Below, piece by piece: positions 58,686-64,000 of a stretch of 64,000 bases of DNA. Location: the IMG/VR virus record IMGVR_UViG_3300037104_000796, positions 1 to 64,000 of that record; one strand, given 5' to 3'. The translations under genes were made by a program, and so were the position numbers. The stretch comes from a virus. The notes under the pieces were generated by a model. That model saw only the letters and a program-made list of their open reading frames with translations. It ran no database searches and was not told the DNA's origin. Every line of letters begins with the position of its first letter. Within the stretch, counting starts at the first letter, position 1.

Positions 58686-59087
58686 TTAGTCTACCATAAC
58701 TTGTGTTACGTAGTTTCCAACGTTTTTGAGAATTGATTCAACTCTCATATATGGGAACTGACCTATAGCATTTACAATCTGTGTAAGTGTATTATGATCT
58801 AATATATCAACATCAATTGCATTTACAAGTCCTGCAATTTGGTTGAATGGCAAATCACCAATAGCTTTTAAAAGTGCTTGTTTAAATTCTGGTCTAACTT
58901 TATATGTTGGAACATAAGCGTTAGTTTCAATTGCTTGTTTTGCATCTACTTTTGGAGCTTCTACAGGAGTTTCTGGTGCAGGAGTTTCTGGTGCAGGAGT
59001 TTCTGGTGCAGGAGTTTCTGGTGCAAGTGTAGGAACTTCTTCTGTTTTAACAACTTCAGGGGTAGTTTCTTCTGATTCAAGTGTCAT
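58686..59087 (-). CDS. Hypothetical protein with PAPET repeats
   Basis: 133 aa; duplicated AIGxxP(F/Y) helices. Confidence 0.7.
   Translation of the reverse strand: MTLESEETTPEVVKTEEVPTLAPETPAPETPAPETPAPETPVEAPKVDAKQAIETNAYVPTYKVRPEFKQALLKAIGDLPFNQIAGLVNAIDVDILDHNTLTQIVNAIGQFPYMRVESILKNVGNYVTQVMVD
58964..59023. repeat. Perfect 15-bp tandem repeat x4
   Basis: CAGGAGTTTCTGGTG x4, encoding (APETP)n. Confidence 0.95.
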
Positions 59088-59225
59088 AGTAATGATTATT
59101 TTAGTTTAATAAATTTATTTTGTACTTATTTTATATATCAAAGTTGAACTAAAGTTTTACTTTGTATAGTAAATATAATACATTTTATGTGTTATGGTTT
59201 GTTAAGAAAGTTAATTGTTTGTTAT

Positions 59226-59522
59226 TTATGCTTCAACATATCCAACTGCTTTCAGGTGAGTCAATCGTGTTGCAACATCAGAAGCAATTATTTGACTCGA
59301 GTCGGTTATAATACCGCTTTTTGTTTTGTATGTCTTAACATATACGAACCACGGGTCTTCTTTGTCTTCTACAAAGACAATTGTCTGCGGTGAATGAGGT
59401 TTTGATAAAGTATAAAGAATTTTATTATCCATAAAATCTTTAATGTTTTCTGTGCTTTTTTCTTTAACGGTTTTTGCTCGATATTTGTTATACATTGGGT
59501 TTATTGAATAAAGTGTTATCAA
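59226..59522 (-). CDS. Hypothetical protein
   Basis: ORF downstream of tmk; start uncertain. Confidence 0.55.
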   Translation of the reverse strand: MITLYSINPMYNKYRAKTVKEKSTENIKDFMDNKILYTLSKPHSPQTIVFVEDKEDPWFVYVKTYKTKSGIITDSSQIIASDVATRLTHLKAVGYVEA

Positions 59523-60219
59523 GATATTTTTTATAGGTATCGAATAATGCTTCTGGTGATAATGTTTCCCAAAGCACTACTTTTGATCCTGGGACTGTAG
59601 TTGTATGAGCGCATTCAACAATTTGATAATTTTGATAACCTTTAAGTGCTAAATAGTTATCACGAACTCTTTCCTGAAATTCAATATCATTTTCATGAAT
59701 ATCTACCTTTCCTTGAAGATAATCACGATTTTCTGCTATTTTTCTTTCTTTTAATCTTTCTTTTATAAAGTCAATTGGAACATCAAAGAAAATATTCAAA
59801 TCAGGATAAGGAAGTTCCAAAAATCCAAATTCAAATTCATCAATCCAATCTCTCATTATTTGAGATTGAGCTTCATTAAAATGTTTTGCTCCTTGAAAAG
59901 CCATGTTTGAAAATACATAGCGATCTAATAATACTACATCATTAGATAAAAGTTGTTTTTGAAGAGTGGGAAGATATAAAAATCTATCCATTGCATAAAT
60001 ATTAGCAACAAATATAGGATTGACATCATTAATACTTCCGTATTCTCCTCTTAAATAAGCTGAGATACAATTGCTAGCTTCATTATTTCCATAGATAGGG
60101 AAATGAATAAATTCATATTTAAGGCCATGTTCTTCAAAATATTTTTTAATCAGTTCAATTTGAGTAGATTTTCCACTCCCATCCAATCCTTCTAAAACTA
60201 TTAATTTTGCGCCATCCAT
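59488..60219 (-). CDS. tmk: Thymidylate kinase
   Basis: IVLEGLDGSGKSTQ, HFP, DRY, PDLNIFFDVP, DIHE. Confidence 0.93.
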   Translation of the reverse strand: MDGAKLIVLEGLDGSGKSTQIELIKKYFEEHGLKYEFIHFPIYGNNEASNCISAYLRGEYGSINDVNPIFVANIYAMDRFLYLPTLQKQLLSNDVVLLDRYVFSNMAFQGAKHFNEAQSQIMRDWIDEFEFGFLELPYPDLNIFFDVPIDFIKERLKERKIAENRDYLQGKVDIHENDIEFQERVRDNYLALKGYQNYQIVECAHTTTVPGSKVVLWETLSPEALFDTYKKYLDNTLFNKPNV

Positions 60220-61106
60220 AATTCCTGATATTTATTTGTGAATATTAATTTTTTATCTTCTACCAATTGTTTTATTTCATTATGAGAAATAAGTTTTGTA
60301 CATTCTGTTAATTTATATTTAAAGTTATGTTGTTTACAAAATTCTATGGCAGCTTCTTTTTTTCTTTTTACACTATCACTATTCCATAAATTTTTTGGCT
60401 TAATTTCAACTAAAAATTTATCATTAATAAAAAAATCAGGATGATAAGTTCGTTTATTTTCTTTATAATCGACATAATCAACTTTATACTTTTTATTTTC
60501 GCCTGATTCCCATTTTAAATTAAATCGTTCTATAACATATATCATATAAGAAAGTTCTTTTAAAGAACGAAAAAACCAACTTTTATACCAGCCTGACCAG
60601 CCATTTCCGGAGCCTTGAGGTGAAGGTTTTCCAAACATATGATTGTTTTCACCTGAAGAAGCTAATGATATTTTGTTTCGTATTTTTATAGATTTTTCTA
60701 ATCCATAAATTTCTTCTAAAGTTTTTCCTTTTTGATGTAACGATGGATGATTTCCATGCCACGATCCATTAAAATTATGATTTTTTTCACCTGAAATACT
60801 TTTTGAGTGTTCAGCATTCATTTTAGACGCTAATTCATCACCATATAATTCTTCATAAGATTTTCCAGCCATTTTAGCGGCAGCACCTAATCCTGCGTTA
60901 ATATACTGTTTGTCTCTTACACCAGATAAAGCTTGTTCATGTTGTTTGCAACCTCTGCATAAATCTTTTGAATATTTTTTTAATCCAGCTTTTTGATTAC
61001 ATAAAGCAGATTTCCATTCTTTTCCACAAACATCACACTTTACAATAATAGATTGATAATTCGTTGTTGTTAAAGTTTTAAGTTGTTTAATTTCCGACAA
61101 AATCAT
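60201..61106 (-). CDS. TnsA-like PD-(D/E)XK homing endonuclease
   Basis: Paralog of 582..1415 (GKPSPQGSGNGW..FFRSLKELSYM..YHPDF..LVEIKP); overlaps the tmk start. Confidence 0.75.
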   Translation of the reverse strand: MILSEIKQLKTLTTTNYQSIIVKCDVCGKEWKSALCNQKAGLKKYSKDLCRGCKQHEQALSGVRDKQYINAGLGAAAKMAGKSYEELYGDELASKMNAEHSKSISGEKNHNFNGSWHGNHPSLHQKGKTLEEIYGLEKSIKIRNKISLASSGENNHMFGKPSPQGSGNGWSGWYKSWFFRSLKELSYMIYVIERFNLKWESGENKKYKVDYVDYKENKRTYHPDFFINDKFLVEIKPKNLWNSDSVKRKKEAAIEFCKQHNFKYKLTECTKLISHNEIKQLVEDKKLIFTNKYQELWMAQN

Positions 61107-61158
61107 GTTTTATTTTATATATTCATGATTTTTTATTCAGTAGTGTCAAAACCTTCAT

Positions 61159-61431
61159 TTAAGATTTATTGTTATAGAATAATTCCGATACAAATGACAT
61201 AAGTAGATTGATTGCTATACCTATGCATGCAACTTTCCAAAAATTCCAATCAGTATTAAAAATAATTTTTGTACTGTAGCCAAATATTAATACTTTGTAT
61301 ACAGTATATAACGCCAAGAATATTGCAGACAAAGATTCGACTACAGAATTTTTTGGAATATTCTCTGTAGTCGAATTTTTGTTATTTTTAAAGTCATTTA
61401 AACGGTCGCCTAAAGATTCGTTTTTAATCAT
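61159..61431 (-). CDS. Small membrane protein
   Basis: Two hydrophobic segments. Confidence 0.6.
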   Translation of the reverse strand: MIKNESLGDRLNDFKNNKNSTTENIPKNSVVESLSAIFLALYTVYKVLIFGYSTKIIFNTDWNFWKVACIGIAINLLMSFVSELFYNNKS

Positions 61432-62045
61432 TTCTTTTTGGTTTTAAGGTCAATTTTTTTAACCTCGGGTTTATCTTTTTCTTCTTCTTTCTTTTCTTCT
61501 CCAGGAGTTTCGCTAGCTTCGTGTTCTTCTTTCTTTTCTTTTTCTTCTGATTCGCCTTCTTCGTGTTCCTGGTGTTCTTTATTCTTTATATCATCTTTTG
61601 GAGCATTAGTTTTCGGTTCCCCTACTTTTGCTTCGCCAGGTTTTCCTTCTTTCTTTGGAAGTTCTTTTTTCTGAGCATTGCCTTCGTCACCTGCGAATGA
61701 TCCTTGTTCTTTTTTACCGTCTAAGGATGCAGGTTTTTTAGGATTTGGATTTTCAGCAGTTTTAACTTCTCCAAACATACCGGGTTTAAAATCTTTAACC
61801 GATTTAAGATCTGTTTGAAGATCATATCCTGGTTCGAATTTGGCACCACCCATGCTTATTTCAACTTTAACTTCTGTCTGTCCTTTTTGATATTCTCTTT
61901 TAAGCCAGTCATAAGACTTTTTATTTCCATCAGGAATAATTATGCCTTCGGCATCAGTTAAACCTTCTCCACCTGTCATCATAGGAGTTGATTCTTCATA
62001 AAGCTTGTCTAAATAGTCGTTGATGTTAAAATTACCTGCTTTCAT
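61428..62045 (-). CDS. Charged low-complexity protein, possible head/scaffold-associated
   Basis: E/K-rich with HEASETP motif; late promoter upstream. Confidence 0.55.
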   Translation of the reverse strand: MKAGNFNINDYLDKLYEESTPMMTGGEGLTDAEGIIIPDGNKKSYDWLKREYQKGQTEVKVEISMGGAKFEPGYDLQTDLKSVKDFKPGMFGEVKTAENPNPKKPASLDGKKEQGSFAGDEGNAQKKELPKKEGKPGEAKVGEPKTNAPKDDIKNKEHQEHEEGESEEKEKKEEHEASETPGEEKKEEEKDKPEVKKIDLKTKKK

Positions 62046-62104
62046 AAGTATACTTTATTTTATATATCTTATATATTTTATATTAAAATGATTTTCGATT
62101 CTTT

Positions 62105-62779
62105 TTATTCGTCAAATGTTATGAATTCAAAATATTTATTCATGTTTTTTCGATCCGTTCTAAAAAAGTTAGTTTGATTAGCTTTCATGTTAGTTTCTGT
62201 ATGAAGACGTTTTATCGTATATAAAACAACTTTTACATCTTTTAATTTATCTGAAGTTTTAACATAATATACTGTTGCAAGGTTTTCATCGTATTCCGCT
62301 TTTAATACTATGATGTATTGTTTTTTATCAATTGCCTGATAATCATGTGAAGCGCCAAATCCCATATTTGGTATAAAAATTTTTATAAGCTTATTGCCTC
62401 CATTCGTATCCATGACTTCAAATTCATGTTTAGCACGAAGTATACTTCCTAATCGTAAATTATCAATGTTTCCTGTGCCAATACCCATATCTGTTATAGG
62501 ATCGCTTTCATCATTAAATTTTTCATGTAAATTTTCTTTAACTAATTTTGCTGTTTCTAAAGTATCATAAATTCTGTATTGACGATCTTTTTTACGCATT
62601 TCTATAAACTCTTTAATTTTGGCCTTTGTTCCTACAAATGTTCTATCAAATTCTTGATTATCCCAATTTCTAGTCCAAGCATAATCTATAGAATATATTT
62701 TTTTATCTATTCCTATTTTCATATCTTTAATAGGATCGCTTGCATCACTGAATTTTTCAAATACGAATTGAGCTCTCAT
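62105..62779 (-). CDS. Hypothetical protein with two EKFxxxSDPIxDMxIG modules
   Basis: Leader motif at the N-terminus and again internally. Confidence 0.65.
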   Translation of the reverse strand: MRAQFVFEKFSDASDPIKDMKIGIDKKIYSIDYAWTRNWDNQEFDRTFVGTKAKIKEFIEMRKKDRQYRIYDTLETAKLVKENLHEKFNDESDPITDMGIGTGNIDNLRLGSILRAKHEFEVMDTNGGNKLIKIFIPNMGFGASHDYQAIDKKQYIIVLKAEYDENLATVYYVKTSDKLKDVKVVLYTIKRLHTETNMKANQTNFFRTDRKNMNKYFEFITFDE

Positions 62780-63237
62780 TATGTTTTAAAGAATTTTTCA
62801 TTAGGTTTTGGAAGTCTTGTTAATACCCATTTTTTATTATTTGGATTTTTATGACAATATGTGAGAAGTATTCCTTGAGGATATCTTTCTCCATGATTAC
62901 CATTATTACTACCTATAAGACGAGTATTCCAATGACCACGTGTTCTTCTTGCTGATGTGTCATACATCAATTTAGTTTTAGGATTGTAATTTCTAACGGG
63001 TTCTTTTTTCCAAAATTTTTCAGGATTATGTCCTTCACATTCAGTCCAAATGAAAAACTGTATTTCTGTAAGTGACGCACCTTCTTCGCCTTTTTCTTCA
63101 ATGAATTTTAGAATTTTCCAAGCTGCTCTATTCAATTGACTTTCAGGATACCCGATGTTCATATCTTTTATTGGATCTGTTACATCTGCAAACTTTTCAT
63201 TAAGGCATTCGTTGACATATTTTGCTTTCATTCGCAA
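62779..63237 (-). CDS. Hypothetical protein with LNEKF..DPIKDMNIG leader
   Basis: 152-aa ORF. Confidence 0.65.
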   Translation of the reverse strand: MRMKAKYVNECLNEKFADVTDPIKDMNIGYPESQLNRAAWKILKFIEEKGEEGASLTEIQFFIWTECEGHNPEKFWKKEPVRNYNPKTKLMYDTSARRTRGHWNTRLIGSNNGNHGERYPQGILLTYCHKNPNNKKWVLTRLPKPNEKFFKT

Positions 63238-63248
63238 TCATAGTTTTT

Positions 63249-63713
63249 CTATATATTCAGGCAATTGTTAGGCCGTTTCCCTTTCATTCTTTCACTTTTC
63301 TTTTTATTTTGTTGCGTTGTATGTTTTCTTCCTACATTTTTTCCAATCATTGATTTACTTCGTTTTTTTCTTGTTTCTTCAGATATAGGTGTATTTGAAA
63401 GTAATTCTCGAGCATATACGTAATCTCTTGAAGAAATTTTATCTCTTCCATGTTTATCAAATGTCATTCTATGAAATGCCAAAGTAATTTTTCTATTTCC
63501 TTTATAAATATAAGTCAATAATTTATGACATACATAGTGTTCTCGAGCAGTTAATAAAATTCGATTAAATCGGTCATTACTTCCGCCTAAGCATTTCGCA
63601 ACAATATGATGATCTTCATAATAAACATACTTTGGATCGTTTTTCTTAAAACGCATTCTATTTTGAGATTTTGCGTTACTTATTATGTTATTATAGATTT
63701 TTTGATGATTCAT
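63249..63713 (-). CDS. HNH homing endonuclease
   Basis: MNHQKIY start; EDHHIVAKCLGGSN...LLTAREHYVCHKLL. Confidence 0.82.
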   Translation of the reverse strand: MNHQKIYNNIISNAKSQNRMRFKKNDPKYVYYEDHHIVAKCLGGSNDRFNRILLTAREHYVCHKLLTYIYKGNRKITLAFHRMTFDKHGRDKISSRDYVYARELLSNTPISEETRKKRSKSMIGKNVGRKHTTQQNKKKSERMKGKRPNNCLNI

Positions 63714-63734
63714 TTGTGCATGCATTACTTCAAT

Positions 63735-63762
63735 AAAAAAGCTGAGCATGTGCTCAGCTTTT
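63735..63762 (-). terminator. Terminator downstream of tmRNA
   Basis: AAAAGCTGAGCA-CA-TGCTCAGCTTTTTT; a second hairpin GCCGG..CCGGC-TTTT lies at 63763-63788. Confidence 0.75.
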
Positions 63763-63764
63763 AA

Positions 63765-64000
63765 AAGCCGGACATTGAGGCCGCCGGCAGTTTCCTGTAA
63801 ATGAGTGCTTCTTAAGCAGCCATTTTCATTTCATAAACTGTATTGTCGTTTATTTACGTATCAAGTACTATCTTTACTACTTCCTTATCGCTGTCAAATC
63901 TAAGTCATCCCCTAAAAACCGTACTAACGCGACGGGTTAGCGCAATAAAAGTGATAGTGGAGATGCCGGTTTCCGCCACCGGGTCCAAACGATAGTCTCT
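63765..64000 (-). ncRNA. ssrA: Circularly permuted (two-piece) tmRNA, 5' part cut by the window edge
   Basis: Minus strand: GGAC-CCGGT-GGCGGAA-ACCGG-CATCTCC-A (T-arm and acceptor 3' strand, discriminator 63958) comes before GGGGATG (G1=63912, G3-U70 pair) and TTTGAC; resume context ATAAAC-GAC gives tag DNTVYEMKMAA-stop (63847-63812). Confidence 0.88.

Noticed and set aside
58964-59023. 15-bp tandem repeat as a mini-CRISPR or iteron
   Set aside because: No spacers; it encodes an in-frame APETP linker.
1-64000. Genome-wide stop-codon reassignment
   Set aside because: Core genes are full length in code 11, and TAG and TGA end genes at sensible boundaries. The interruption at 517-519 also changes frame, so read-through cannot explain it.

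Overview
A 64-kb, very AT-rich segment of a large T4-like (myovirus-type, probably jumbo) bacteriophage genome, translated in the standard code. The host is likely Bacteroidota, inferred from TAnnTTTG-type -7 promoter elements and A-rich leaders lacking Shine-Dalgarno motifs. 1-10 kb is an early accessory region with RNA-repair and translation functions (P-loop kinase, nucleotidyltransferase, Rnl1 RNA ligase, CX5R phosphatase, HD hydrolase, YkuK RNase H-like, ArfA-like peptide). 10-44.5 kb (+) is morphogenesis (fibre/appendage proteins, a 1530-aa BspA-type LRR protein, a methyltransferase-GT2 fusion, neck, terminase, sheath, tube, hub chaperones, tape measure), then thyA and a second glycosyltransferase. 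44.5-64 kb (-) holds a MoxR AAA+/vWA pair, putative head-packaged proteins, a C1 protease, a PD-(D/E)XK exonuclease, an ECF sigma factor, tmk and a circularly permuted tmRNA. Twelve free-standing homing endonuclease genes of three families are present. Most notable: (1) a kinase gene whose Walker A is split by a 7-nt stop-containing gap behind a GC-rich hairpin, directly downstream of a homing endonuclease (candidate T4 gene-60-like bypass cassette); (2) surface virion proteins saturated with a [D/N]-x-S motif next to phage glycosyltransferases (candidate virion glycosylation system); (3) a two-piece tmRNA; (4) a shared N-terminal leader on unrelated proteins (candidate capsid-targeting signal); (5) a homing endonuclease carrying a duplicated thyA 5' end. 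All functional calls come from motif recognition by eye; no searches were run.
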